64,000 nucleotides of DNA, taken from Malacoraja senta (Eukaryota). The translations under genes were made by a program, and so were the position numbers. A model generated the notes under the pieces. It did not search any database. It was not told where the DNA came from and saw only the letters and a list, made by a program, of their open reading frames with translations. Shown here one piece after another: positions 26,304 to 39,185 of the stretch; the first letter of the stretch is position 1, and each line of letters starts with the position of its first letter. Where the stretch lies: contig CM075988.1 in assembly GCA_038087875.1 (NCBI GenBank), positions 7,566,001-7,630,000 of the forward strand. The letters run 5' to 3'.

Positions 26304-26435
26304 TAAGGGTCTGTCCTGCTGAGTTACTCCAGCTTCATATATTGTTATTGGTTTATTATTTTCACATGAACTGAGATACGGCGAAAGGTTATTTTTTTTA
26401 CTGCAACTCAGTAACACTTGCCTGTTAACTGCATA

Positions 26436-27596
26436 TCTCTATAATATTAAAACTCTTCGTCTTGTGTGTGGCTGTGTGCGAGTGTGTGTGTGTCAAACTG
26501 GTTAATTTTCCTATTTTCCTATTTCTTTCCAAACGCTAGGCCACAGCCTTCCCATTTTCACACATTCTACTCACATTTTTCCCGTCGAGGCGATAAACAT
26601 CTTCGCGTTGCATTCCCGCCTATATTTCAAAACTTTTTAATTGTTTAAAGTTTTAAGAACAGCCCGAAAACTCACCCATTTCGGAAAAAAACAACAAGTG
26701 ACGTCACAATGCAATCACAAGGCAGGACGGGACACTCCGGGGGGGAGGGGCACTCCAGTGCTCGCGTGGCGCCCACGTCCGATGCCCGTTGGGGAGGGTG
26801 GTGCTGGAGCTGGAGTGAGGGCCAAGCCCGGGGCTTGGGATGGGGCCATGACCCGGGCCGAGAAAGAAGCCGCCGGTGGAACCAAGGACGAGCCTGGGTC
26901 CAGGGTCAGGGACGGTGAAGTCGGAATCTTCACTGGAGCCCAGGCAGCGACTGAGCTGACGGCTGAAGGCTGCCGCTGGAACCAAGGACGAGCCTGGGTC
27001 TACAGCCAGGGTCGAGTACGAGAACCAGGCCGAGTTCCAGGCCCTGGCGCTGCTCTACGACCTGGGTAGATCCTGGGGCAGGGAATGGGAGTGAGGGGAG
27101 GAGGATGAGGGAAATGAGGAGGAGGGAGATGGGGTAGGGTCTCTACCTTCCTCCTTCTCTGCCCCTCTCCCTCTCGCCCCCTTCCCCATCCTCTACCCTC
27201 CCTCTACCCTCCCTCTCTACTCTCCCTCCCTACACCACCCCTCCCCATCTCTCTCCACCCTCTCCCTCTACCTCTCTACCGCCTTCCCTCTCCCTCTCTA
27301 CCCCCCTCCCCTCCCTCTCTAGCCCCCCCTCTCTACCCCCTACCTCTCTACCCCCCTCCCTCTCTAACTCCCCTCCCTCTCTGCCACCCCTCCCTCTCTA
27401 CCCCCCCTCCCTCTCTACCCCTCCCTCTGCCACCCCTCCCTCTCTACCCCCCTCCCTCTCTAGGGAGTGGTGTGTATTAGGACCTATGGGCGAGTGGTGG
27501 AATATTGCGTTCGGGGACCAGCCCTCCCCTGTGACGTCGTGCCCCCCCCCCCTCCCCTGTTGGTGGACGGGACCCAACGGGTCCCACTTGGTCTAG
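26436..27596 (+). mobile_element. Non-autonomous Helitron
   Basis: A|TCtctataatattaaaa 5' end; hairpin gggaccc-aac-gggtccc at 27569-27585; 3' CTAG|T; no TSD. Confidence 0.8.
27140..27461 (+). repeat. Polypyrimidine low-complexity tract (cctccctctctac-like units)
   Basis: direct observation. Confidence 0.9.
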
Positions 27597-27731
27597 TATT
27601 AATATATATGCTCAAGTACATTGGATTTTTAAGTTGCACAGAAATGGGCCAATGTGAGTTCTTCCTATCTCTAATCTATATAGAAACTGTAGTTTCTATT
27701 GCTGTCTGGAAACTCATGATCTATTCCAGAA

Positions 27732-28050
27732 GGGGCAGCACAATGCTGCAGCTAGCAGAGCTGCTGCCTTACAATGCCTCACAACAACAGACATCTGGGA
27801 TAGTCCTGACCTCAGTTGCTGCCTGTGGGGAGTTTGCATGTTCTACATGTAACTGTGTAGATTTCTTCCAGGTCCTCCGATTTCTCCTCATGCAGGTTTT
27901 TTGGGTTAATTGAACTCTGTAAATTGTCCTTAACGTGTTGGGAGTGGATGAGAAAGTGGGATAACAGAGGTAGTGTGAACGGGTGATCGGTGGTCGGCGT
28001 GGACTCGGTGGGCCGAAGGGCCTGTTTCCGCTCTGTGTGTCTCTAAACTG
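27732..28050 (+). mobile_element. HE1-type V-SINE
   Basis: head, V-domain, tail. Confidence 0.8.
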
Positions 28051-28799
28051 AGAGGCTTGATTGAAAATCTTGAACCACACATTAGACCCTAAAGTTTCAA
28101 GGGAATCATTAGTCAATAAATCTCAGACAGGGGTTAAAAAGAGGTTTCCAACATTTGTGGTAAGAGAGAGGAATCAGCGATGCAGAATAAATTGGCAGTG
28201 CTTTTTGCCAAAGGGCGATTCTGAGCCACACAGAACCTTCCCAACCAGAGGTCAGTCTTTTGTGTGTCGCAAAGTAACCGGTTCCTTTTTAAGTTGCAGT
28301 TAGAAGTCCCTTTCGAGGCCTCGTAGTTTGAGATGAACAATGTGAGATATTCACCTATATTAAATATTATTTTAAGGCAGTATCCGAACATATGTGAAGC
28401 TGAAGCCTGAACTCTTTCTTTCACTGATCCACCTGGATTTTTTTTTCCCAGCGTGTATTTCTCTTCCATTCCGCAGAATTATTCATAGAGTTTTATTTAA
28501 AGCTATATCCCCTCATGGTGAATTCAGCCCGGTGGTGTGAAAGTTGTATGGCTGTCTCACCCGTGAGAGACAAAATAATATTACAAAGGAGAAATTCTGT
28601 GGGGCAAAGTCTGCTGGAGATATTTATGCTTGGAATAAACTCCTTGAGGCAATAATCTTTTCTCTAAACGTGTTCTCGCACACAATCAAACAGCAGCATC
28701 CTGTTTGTGTGACATCCTAACCCTGGGTTTTTGAAGCTAAAGTGAGGATTAGCTGCTTGTGAACCTGGTTTTGTATTTATTTTGTTAGTTGGATTTTGT

Positions 28800-29200
28800 T
28801 TTGCGAGTGGTACTTGGTGGACGGGGTGAGGAGGGGGGGGGGCGGGAGCAGCGGGCGAGAGTGGGGCGTAGTGGGAGAGGGAAGGATACAACAGCTGCGG
28901 AGCAGCTGCCTCGGACTCCCTGCCGGGACAGAACGTAACCCTCCTCTGGGGTCAGAGTTGTGGTATGTCTGTCGCCGCGGCAACCAACCAGAGGTCTGCA
29001 TTCTCTGAACAATTCTGCCTTAGAGCAGCCGCCCCAGTGTGTTCAGCAGAAGGGAAGGTGGCGTCTGTGCAGAAGGAGAATAAGGGTAGTCTGTCCAAAA
29101 GAGATGGCGGCCCAACAAGAAAGCATTTGTTGCTGTAAACTTCCCTCATCCGCGTCGCAAATATATAAGGGTTATTTTTTCCAAAACATCCACCATTGGT
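28800..29200 (+). promoter_or_regulatory. Candidate CpG-rich promoter or non-coding first exon
   Basis: GC boxes at 28839-28848 and 28863-28869; TG|GTATGT donor at 28963; RFX X-box-like gtcgccgcggcaac 28971-28984; YY1-like agatggcggc 29102-29111; no recognisable repeats nearby. Confidence 0.4.
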
Positions 29201-29429
29201 TTCAGCTTCAAAGGAAAAAGTTGTCTGCCTTATTTCTTTTCTTCAGTTCTTCATCTGTTTCCTGCCTTCTTTTGTTTTTGATCTCTCTTTTTCTCTCTAC
29301 CCTGGCATTTCTTCTTGCTCAGCAGTGTTGCTGGGTTTGTGTTTGGGGAGGGCAGGGAGGGGAGTTTGGTGTCCAGGTGAATTGCACACAAATGCAAAAA
29401 TAGTCACCTTTCAGCAGTTCTTGCTGCCT

Positions 29430-29662
29430 CGCAAGGTGGTGCAGCGGTAGAATTGCTGCCTTACAGCGCCAGAGACCCGGGTTCGATCCTGACTACCGGT
29501 GGTGTCTGTACGGAGTTTGTACATTCTTTCCGTGACCACATGGGTTTTCTCCAGGTGCTCCGGTTTCCTCCCACACTCCAAAGACGTGCAGGTTTGTAAG
29601 TTAATTGATTTGGTATAATTGTGTGTGTGTGATAGTGTTAGTGTGTGGGGATCGCTGGTCGG
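29430..29662 (+). mobile_element. HE1-type V-SINE, 3' end replaced by a Rex1/Babar-type tail
   Basis: head and V-domain, then aagcttttcactgtacctcgg...gacaataaactaaa. Confidence 0.8.
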
Positions 29663-29979
29663 AAAAAGCTTTTCACTGTACCTCGGAACACGTGACAATA
29701 AACTAAACTAAACTAAGCTTGTGTGTCACAAGGAACTGCAGATGCTGGTTTAAACCAAAGATAGACACAAAATGCTGGAGGAACTCAGTGAGTCAGGCAG
29801 CATCTCTGGAGAGAAGGAATAGGTGACATTTCGGGTCGAGACCCTTTTTCAGACTGTGAGTCGGGCGAGCGAAACTAGAGGTATGAAAAGGTACAGAACA
29901 AATCGGAGCTGGCACCGACGGCCCAGGAAAAGTGGAGCCCACAATAGTCCATTGTTGGCTGTGGAAGAGGCGATAATGA

Positions 29980-30625
29980 AGGCAGGAGTGTCCCGGGGAG
30001 CGTAGCGCCGACCGGAACGTGCCTCCTGGGGAGCCGTGCGCGCGCCTGATCCACTTGCCGAACAACCACGGCACCGACGACCGGAACGTGCCCAGGTTGG
30101 CCCGATTCGCCCCACAGGCCTCCCAGGGGCCTGCGGAGAAGCCGGACAGTCGAGGCCTGTCTGGGCCAAAGGAGCCTCAGCAGTGGTGGCAATGGGAACC
30201 TTGGTGGCAGCAGCAGGAAACTTGGCAGCAGCTTGACCTGTGACAGCAAAGGGGCCTCGGCGGCAACGATGTCCTCGGCAGCGGCAGCAGCGGGAAGCGC
30301 AGTGGAGGGTGGGGGGAGGGGAGGGCGAGGGGTAGACAATGGGGACCCGGCATGGGGGGGACCGCCGTGAAAATCAACGGGGACCCGGTGTGAGGGAGGG
30401 GGGGGAGCACTGCAGTATTAGAATCCTCTGTCCAGTGGATAAGTCTGTGTTTGTTTGTTCATTCGTTCCGGTGAAGGCACTGTGTACATGGCAGCCTGAC
30501 AACTGTCGCTTGTCCATTTCTTTTTTGTTTCACTATTAATTTCAAGTTTTTGTGTACCTTGTGTGTTGTGATGTTGGTAGACTAATTACCCTCCGGGGAT
30601 GAATAAAGTTTATTGTATCGTATAC
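29980..30625 (+). mobile_element. GC-rich non-autonomous retroposon with Rex1/Babar-like tail
   Basis: CpG-rich body ending aattaccctccggggatgaataaagtttattgtatcgtat. Confidence 0.5.
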
Positions 30626-30750
30626 GAACAGTGAAACTAGCAGGATAACTTGAGGGTGAGGGGGAGAGAGAGAGAGAGAATGCAACTGAACTCCTTCCCC
30701 TATGTTATCAGGCTTCTGAATGGCCTGTCTATGAGCTGGGTGCAGTCTGA

Positions 30751-30938
30751 AGGGCCTGTCCCACTTGGGTGTCATTTGCGCGTCACGCAGATGGCGGGCG
30801 AAGATTTTGTACATCCCAAAATCACCACGCACCCATGCGCTCATCAGGTGCGCGTCATGACACGTGCGTCGTGCATTGTGACACGTAAATGATGTCGCGT
30901 AAATTACGCACAAATGCCGCCCAAGTGGGACAGGCCCT
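30751..30938. mobile_element. Harbinger-type MITE
   Basis: TIRs agggcctgtcccacttggg / cccaagtgggacaggccct; TSD unclear. Confidence 0.8.
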
Positions 30939-33099
30939 TTCACCTCTACCCCATTGCAGACATTGGACTTTGTCTATTGGAACAGGTGTACTACAATGCT
31001 GAGAACTATATTTTGCACTCTGCTCTATCTATTGTATTTGCGGTTGACTTGATTGCATTTATGTACAGTATTATCTGATTTGATTGGATTGCATGCACAA
31101 CAAGGCTATTCACTGTACCTCGGTACATGTGGCAATAATAAACCTCAACCTAATCTGCATTGTTGTGATTCCATTACATTGCCTTTTAAACATTTTAATT
31201 CAGCTTCGAACGGAAAAAGTTGAATTTTCATTTCAGCTGTCATTACGGAGACATTGGGTGACCGGATGTTGTAACATCAGGCACTTCACATAGTTGTATC
31301 TACAAGAGTTTAGATGGAGCTGCCCACTTCTTTCAAGCGAGGAGAGGTGGCCTTCGAGGTTCCATTGGTTGTGGCTAGCAAATGTCTCCATATTCTTTAA
31401 CAACAAGTGCCCTTTTTGGCGGCCATCACAATACACCATGTGTTTCACCGAAGAAAGCGTGGGATGTGTGGTGAAAAAAGTGCCAGGGACGTGCCGTGGA
31501 GCTGAACGACCTGGTAGTCGGGCCGCAGAGTCCCGGTGGTTGGGCCGAGGACCGGCTGCGAAGAGGCGCTCGGGCCCCGCCACCTTGAACAAAGACAGAC
31601 CAACATGAGTCTGAAGAAGGGTCTCCACCCGAAACATCGCCTATTTCCTTTGCTCCATAGATGCTGCCTCACCCGCTGAGTTTCTCCAGCATTTTTGTCT
31701 ACCAACATGACTCTAATAAGGTCTCGAACCAAAAACGTCCTGAAGGGTCTCAACCCGAAACGTCACCCATTCCTTCTCTCCAGAGATGCTGCCTGTCCCG
31801 CTGAGTTACTCCAGCGTTTGTGTCTCTATCTATGGCTCGAATGACTACTTTTGTCACTTTGTTGCTGTCAGAAACATGCCGACCCTTTGTGTACTTTATG
31901 TATTGTACGCAAAAACAAAGAATTTCACTTCACCTAGATACATGTGACAATAACGTATAATTGAAACATTAGATTGAATTGAATCAGGCTCCTATTCTAG
32001 AATATCTCATCAAAGTCTTCATCTGAACCCTCTGGTGGAACCCATGTGTAACTCCTTTCTCCAGGCGCCTACTGTGTGCACTACCTTCTCCCTGGCTTGG
32101 TTGCAGGCTTTTTATACTTGACTGAGCATGTGGAAATTGACCTCTGCATGCAGCCATGGTATCTAAGCTGATGCCAAGGTGAACCTGGATGTTGGGAGCA
32201 CTATTCCCCGATTTATTATTATCATATAATCACTGCTTTCTTGCTGCACTTTTTCAGCCTTGCCCAGATTTTACAAATGGGGTAACTTGAAGTAAAACGA
32301 AAGGAGTGCAGGTAACAGTGAAGAGGGAGAGGATCAATCACCTTCACTGACTATTTCTGCAGTCGGTAGCTTCTATTGGGAGGAGACACAAGAGGCTGCA
32401 GATGCTGTAACGTGGAGCAAAAAAAGCAAACAGCTGGAAGGATTAAGGTTCAAGCAGCTTCTGTGGAGGCCAAGTTGTGGTGATTGTTTTAAGTGGAGAT
32501 CCTACATCAGGACTGAGAGCATTGAGGGAGGATAGCCAATTTCTAGAATCGAGCGGGAGGGATGAGTCAGAGGCTGGTAGGTGATGGGTGGAACCAGATG
32601 AAGGAGGGATGATGGGGAGATGAGGACGGGATCGGAAGAAGGAACCAACGGCAATAAAAAGCAGAGGTGAATGGGCATGTGTGAGATGCACAGATGGAAC
32701 CATCTGGAACAACTACCCCACCCAAGAGCATTTGGTCCACTGCTTTACGAGTACATATCCAGGCACTTTCAGGGGGTGAGTTCCAGACTCCGACTGCCCC
32801 CCCTCCGATTGAAAGAAATGCTTCCATTAATCCTCCAACTGATCACTTTAAATCTGATCGTTTTTTCACTTACCCAGGGGACGCGAGCCCTGAGGGGCTC
32901 TCGCAAATGATATGCAAATAGAAATCCCATTCGCCAGGACAGATATTTATAAGAACTCATTCTTTGTAAGAACCCTAAGGGAATGGAATAAACGAGACAA
33001 CAATATAGTCAAATCACCTTCACTGGACAGTTTTAAGGGGGCACTACCAGCACGTTAGTATGCACAACACATCCAAGTTGGCGATATGCAGAGTATTGC

Positions 33100-34450
33100 C
33101 CTGCCGACTACAAATTCAGAAGGTTCAGAAGGTATTCTTCTTCCTGCTTCGTGGTCGGCCCACAAATGTTTATGCACTTATCTTTCCTCAGCCTCCCCCA
33201 TACAAATGACCCCATCCTATCCAAATCCTTCCTCAGAGCTAACGTCCAGGTAACGTCCTCGCTAATCTTCTCTGCAGTGGACATAGTGCAATTACATCTT
33301 AGCCATGCTATAGTGATCAACACTTTACACAGTGTCGCACATAGTTCCAACAAAAACATCCTTTGTTTTATGTTCAGTGCTTCCACTAATAAAGTAAAGC
33401 ATCCCATGTTCCCTTTTAACCATCTTATCTATTTGTCTTTTGGACTTCAGTGATATAGTGCAGAAATAGGCCCTTCGGCCCACCACGCCCATGTCGGCCA
33501 GCGATCACCCCACACACTGGGGACAATTTACAATTTTGACAATGCCAATACCTGAAAATCTTTGGAATGTGGGAGGAAACCAGAACACCCACAGAAAACC
33601 CATGTGGTCACAGGGAGAATGTACAAACTCCATACAGACAGCACTGGTAGTCAGAAATGAACCTGGGTCTGTGGTGCTGTAAGGCAGCAACTCTGTGCCA
33701 CTGTGCTGCCTTGTCTTGCAGCCTTTGAATAACCATATTCTTCAAAGTCTCATTATTTCTCTAGGCTTTTCAATATCCTCCCATTTAATGTATTTCCCCC
33801 TGTCTTCCTGCATCTTCCTAAAAATCTTGCCTGAAACTTTTCTGGATTTTGGGCCAACAATGAAGCAGGAAGATACATTTCCGTTAGCAGAGGGATCAAA
33901 GCATAGATTTAAAGTAATTAGCAGAAGGATTAATGGAAGCGTTTCTTTCAATGGGAGGGCAGTCGGAGTCTGGAACTCACCACCTGAAAGTGTCACTTTC
34001 CTGCAAAACGTAACAGAACTAATTTGGATTTTGCTGAAATGGAGAACATTTATTTTCCTCCTCCCTCAACCAAGTAGCTGTTTTTTTGCATCATCTGGAA
34101 ACTTCTTTATTGTGCTCTCTACGTTTAAGTTTAAATTATTAACATATGCAACAAAAAAGCAAAGTGCTGAGAGCCTTGTGGAACCCCACTGGTAAAAGCC
34201 TTCCAGTCACACAAATACCCGGTAATCATTACCCATTGCTTCCTGCACTGAGCCAAATCTTGAATCCAAGTTGCCATTCTGTCTTGGATCCCCTGCACCT
34301 TTAATCTTGTGACCAGAATGCCAAACGGGGCCATGTGTAAAACTTCCTGGAAATCGATGGAGATCACATCAAACACAATGTGTTCATTGTTCCTGTTTGT
34401 TCTAAAAAAAATCAATTGGCAAATATGACCTTCCCTTCGCAAATCCACCC
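33100..34450 (-). pseudogene. Decayed CR1-like ORF2 fragments, interrupted by a HE1 SINE (~33450-33710) and an inverted segment
   Basis: VISIDFQ...IQDRMATWIQD...KQWVMI...TSGVPQGS in ORF 34131-34448. Confidence 0.7.
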
Positions 34451-34659
34451 TGCGTCTTTCTAAATGAAGCTTTATACTGATTTGATTAGTATATTGTCAT
34501 ATACATCGGGATGCAAGGACATTTCTTGTTCGCATGAAGCTCAGAGCAAAGAGTATACAGTAGTGAAAGACAGAAAAATAAATACTACATAGAATACAAA
34601 ACAGCAGGATGGTGCAAAGATTTTAATGCAATCTGATGTTGTGCAAAAATATTAAAGTA

Positions 34660-35010
34660 TATTTTGGGGTGATCTTATAGAGGTGCATAAGGTCATGAAG
34701 GGGATAGATAAGTTAAATGCACAGAGTCTTCCTCCAAGGGAATGAAGAACTAGACATAGGTTTAAGGTAAGAGTTAATAGGGATCTGAGGGGAAGTTTTT
34801 TTACACAGAAGGTTGTGGGTATATGGAGCGAGCTGCCAGAGGTAGGTGTTATTACAACATTTAAAAGACATTTGGACATGTCGTGGATAGGAAAAGTTCA
34901 GAGGGATATGGGCCAAATATGGACAGGTGCGACTAGTGTAGGTGGGGCATTGTTGGTCAGTGTGGGCAAGTTGGGCCAAATGGCCTGTTTCCATGTTGCA
35001 TGACTCGTTG
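34660..35010 (+). mobile_element. CR1-like LINE 3' fragment
   Basis: ggggtgatcttatagaggtgcataagg...catttaaaagacatttggaca...gggccaaatggcctgtttcc. Confidence 0.8.
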
Positions 35011-35229
35011 ACTCTAAATACAATAACATAATAACTGAATGAGATAGAATTAAGAGTATGCAAAGGTGAAGTGAAAATGGTGATTGGTTCAGGAGTTTGA
35101 CAGCAGTGGAGAAGAAACTGTGCTTAGGTTTGACAGAGTAGACTTGATGGGCTGAATGGCCCAATTCTGCTCCTATCACTTATGATCTCATGACTTTTAA
35201 ACTCCTGTATCTTCTCGAAGGGTGACAGG

Positions 35230-35570
35230 CATCCTTGACAGTACTCCCACCCTTCCTGATGCAACTCACTATGTTGATGCACTGGATGGAAGGAAGTGAT
35301 GAGCCTGTGATTGTCTGGGCTGAGTTTACCACCAGATGGTGCAGAGCAGTTGCCACACCAGGCTGAGATGTATCCTGGCAAAATACTTTTTATACCGCAT
35401 GCGTGGAGGTTCGAGGGAATCCTTGTGGTCATGTTGAACCTTCTTGGACACTGCACTTTCTTGACCTCCGCTTAGTTGACGAGGAGACCGGGTTAGGTCG
35501 CTGGTGATATGGATGCCAAGGAAGTTGACGCTGTTGACCATCTCTACAGCAGCTCCCTTGATTGGACTGG
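35230..35570 (-). mobile_element. Rex1/Babar LINE fragment
   Basis: VNSVNFLGIHITSDLT; IKSILPGYISAWCGNCSA. Confidence 0.75.
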
Positions 35571-36439
35571 GTTGTGTTCATCACCTAAATTGCAAATGTT
35601 CCCGTCGTGTGTAGGATAGTGTTAGTGTACGGGGATCACTAGTCAGTGCGAACTTTTTTTCACCCAGTTTTATTCCACCAGGGAGGTCTTACCTTCCACT
35701 ACCTGCAACCTCCGGCAACCACCAACAACTAGCATCGCAACCGGCTTCGACAAAAAAATTACCGATTTTTAAAACGGCAACCTATTTTTAGTCGCGGCCG
35801 GTTTTGAATTTTTTGAAATAATCGCCGGAACATAGAAGAAGCGGAAACCACTTTTGACCATTAGGGAGAGTGACAAAAACCTCAGGGAACCTCCGGGAAC
35901 CGCACGGAAACCTTGGGTGGGGCGCAAAGTCTCCAGAGGTTTCTGTTCAGGTTTCCTAAGTGGGCAAGGGGCATAAGCGTCTAGTGTTTTATCTCATCCA
36001 GGTTTGTCGATTAATCCACTTGAAAGATGCTAATCTTTTTGACACATCCTCTTTCACTCATTCTTGGGGATCGGATTAGCAACCACCTGCCCCTCCACAG
36101 AAGCATGATGGCACCCCCCCCCCCCCCCCGCTCACCACTGGCCAGACCCATCCGCCAGCCTAATCAAATCACCTGAAGAAGTGTCTCGAACTGAAACAAT
36201 GCCTTTCCATGTTCTCCAGAGATGCTGCCTGACCCGCTGAGTTACTCCAGCACTTTGTGTCCTTTAGTCACCTAAAACCTGACTTTGGACTGGTTGACCA
36301 GGTGACGTATTATCTCTCATGAAAATATACAGGGTTTGCTCAACTGATTTGCAACAGGGACTAATGAATATTAAGGTGATTGTCAACCTATTGTGCCTGG
36401 GCCCGTTGATATTCTTTTATCAGTGGCATATCCCAAGGG

Positions 36440-36735
36440 AAGGGGAATCTAAAACTAGAGAACATGCATTTAAAGTGAGAGGGGAAAGATTTAAGGGCGT
36501 CCTGAGGGGTGACTTTCTCACACAGGATATATGTATCGAGCTGTCAGAAGAAGTAGTAGTGGTGGAGGCGGATACAATCATAAAATTGTAAAGACATTTG
36601 GACAGGTACATTGATAGTACTGGTTTAGACGGACATGGGCCAAACACAGGCAACTGAGACCAGCTCAGGTAGGCTATTTGGTCAACACATACAAGTTGGG
36701 CCAAAGGGCCTCTTTCCACGCTGCACAACTCTTTG
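36440..36735 (+). mobile_element. CR1-like LINE 3' fragment
   Basis: ESKTREHAFKVRGERFKGVLRGDF. Confidence 0.8.
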
Positions 36736-37884
36736 ACTTGACACATAATAAGAACATTCTGAAGTGTTGCTCTAAATCAGGCAGGCAGATTAACTTGTGT
36801 AGGAAAGAACTGCAGATGCTGGATTTAAATGGAAAGTAGACACAAAATGCTGGAGTAACTCAGCGGGACAGGCAGCATCTCTGGCGAGAAGGAAGGGGTG
36901 ACTTTTCGGGTCGAGACCCTTCTTCAGACTGAGATGCTGCCTGTCCCGCTGAGTTACTCCAGCATTATATGTCTATAAACATAATAACTCCATGTCCATA
37001 AAGAGTGATGAGATGGCCATTTAGTTTAAAGTACAGGTGACTGAGGGGAAAACTATTCTCTCTTCATCATAATTTTGACCAAAGAAGGAGCGATTTGCTT
37101 TCATAAGAAACCTGTCCAACTGCTTTGCGGGCTATGAACTGAATTGAGGGAAGAACAGAAAATGCTGGATTGAATCAGTTGGCCAGCCACCACGCATGGG
37201 GAGAGGAACAGATTTAATAGTTCAGGTCGCCAACCTTTCCACCAGACGAGAGTAAAATGTATAACTCATTTTAACACCAAATCCTAGGTAGTGAGAGGAG
37301 ATTAAAGAACAACAACTGGCCACTCTATGAAGAGATTAAATAACAAGAGACAATAGTGTGAGGCTACAGGGGGTGTTAATGAGCTGTAGAGGACAAAATA
37401 TTGGACTGGAAGAAACATATGGTAATAATTACCTGGTTATGTCTCTCTGTAAAGTTGGAACAGTTCTCATCACCTGAAAATACTGAACTTAGCTTTGGAT
37501 CAAAAATGCAACAAAGTGGTTTCTATTTCATATATATCTTGAAAAAATAGATGAGGCATGATATAACATTTCATTACATATTTTACGGTATCCAATGGAT
37601 GGATTTCAAAATGTTTTGATTTTGCACAACCCCTGTCCAACCAATAAAGTGATTACAATTTTTTTAATTAGAAAAGTTGTTTTATGAAATAATCTTTAGA
37701 AACGGAGCATATTTCAGTCATATTGGCCATGCTTCCAAAACATTCTCTACCTCTCATCTTTGCAACCTATTTCGTTAAATCGGAATTGCTTGTGTGAGAT
37801 GAGGACGCCTGGTTGAGATCATGCAAAAGGTTGAAGAGTGATACAGTGGTGATCTCTGGTGCTGTTTGTGTGGAGTTAGCATGC

Positions 37885-38442
37885 TTTAGTTTAGTTCAGC
37901 GGTACAGTGCGGAAACAGGCCCTTCGGCCTAACGAGTCCACGCCCTCCAAAGAAACATTGGAACATAGAAACAAAAAATAGGTGCAGGAGTTGAACATTT
38001 GGCCCTTCGAGCCAGCACCGCCATTCAATATGATCATGGCTGAACATCCAAAATCAGTACCCCATTCCTGCTTTCTCCCCATATCCCTTGATTCTGTTAG
38101 CCCTAAGAGCTATATCCAACTCTCTGTTGAAAACATCCAGTGAATTGGCCTCCTCTACCTTCACAGATTCACAACTCTCTGGGTGAAAAAGTTCCACCAG
38201 CGATCCCCGCACACGAGCACTCTCCTACATACTAGGCACAATTTACAAATTTCACCAAAGCTAATTAACCTACAAACCTGTACGTCTTTGGAGTGTGGGA
38301 GGAAACTGGAACACCGGGGGAAAACCCACACGGTCACAGGGAGAACGTACAAACTCCATACCAACAGCACGTGTCGTATGGATCTAAGCCAGGTCTCTGG
38401 CGCTGTAAGGCAGCAGCTCTATCGCTATGCCACTGTGCCGTC
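37885..38442 (-). mobile_element. HE1-type V-SINE interrupted by a minus-strand CR1 3' fragment (~37950-38195)
   Basis: SINE revcomp split by atcatggctgaacatcc...cacaactctctgggtgaaaaag. Confidence 0.8.
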
Positions 38443-38859
38443 CCGCGTTTTCCCTTCTTTGTTGCTGCAAGTAAGAATTTCACGGTTCTGTTTGTCGGTA
38501 CCTATGACAATTAAACACGCTGGCGCTCTCGATGTGGATTCCTCAGGGAGATGAGTTTGATTTCAACCCAAAGACATGAGAGTTGACAAGCTAATTGGTT
38601 GCGGTGAGCTGCCCCACCTGCATAGACGAATGGGAGAATCTGGTGTACTTAATAAAATGGCTTTGGGGTAGGATTGGTGCAAATGGGTGCTTGATGGTCA
38701 GTGCAGACCCACTGGACCGAAGAGCTGGTTGCCATGCTGTACATATCTATGAGTGAATGATTACCTTACCAGGAAATTGGGGCATGTTATGTGCCTGTCG
38801 TAATTGTCATTACTGAGACACTGGTAGTTTAGTTTGGTCTGGTTTAGTTTGGTTTAGTT

Positions 38860-39185
38860 TAGTTTCTTGTCACATCTGTGTTTAGTTTATTGTCACGTGT
38901 ACCAAGGTACAGTGAAAGGCTTTTGTTGTGTGCTAACCAGTCAGTGGAATGACAATACCTGATTACAATGGGGCCATCCACAGTGCACAGATGAATGATA
39001 AAGGGAATAACGTTCAGTGCAAGGTAAAGTTCAATTAAAGATAGTCCAAGAGTCTCCATTAAGGTAGATAGTAGGTCAGGACCATTCTTCAGTTGGTGAT
39101 AGGGTGGTTGCCTGATATCACTCAGGAAGATAGTGTCCCTGAATCTGGAAGTGTGCATTTTCACACTTCTGTACTTTTTGCCGAA
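38860..39185 (-). mobile_element. Rex1/Babar LINE 3' end and UTR
   Basis: GKKYRSVKMHTSRFRD, then the common UTR ending gacaataaactaaa. Confidence 0.75.

Noticed and set aside
26641..27069. Overlapping GC-rich ORFs as a captured gene
   Set aside because: Open frames on both strands are expected at this GC content; no homology recognised.
28960..29403. 147-aa ORF in the CpG-rich island
   Set aside because: Low-complexity Phe/Leu/Ser tail from a pyrimidine tract; better explained as non-coding.
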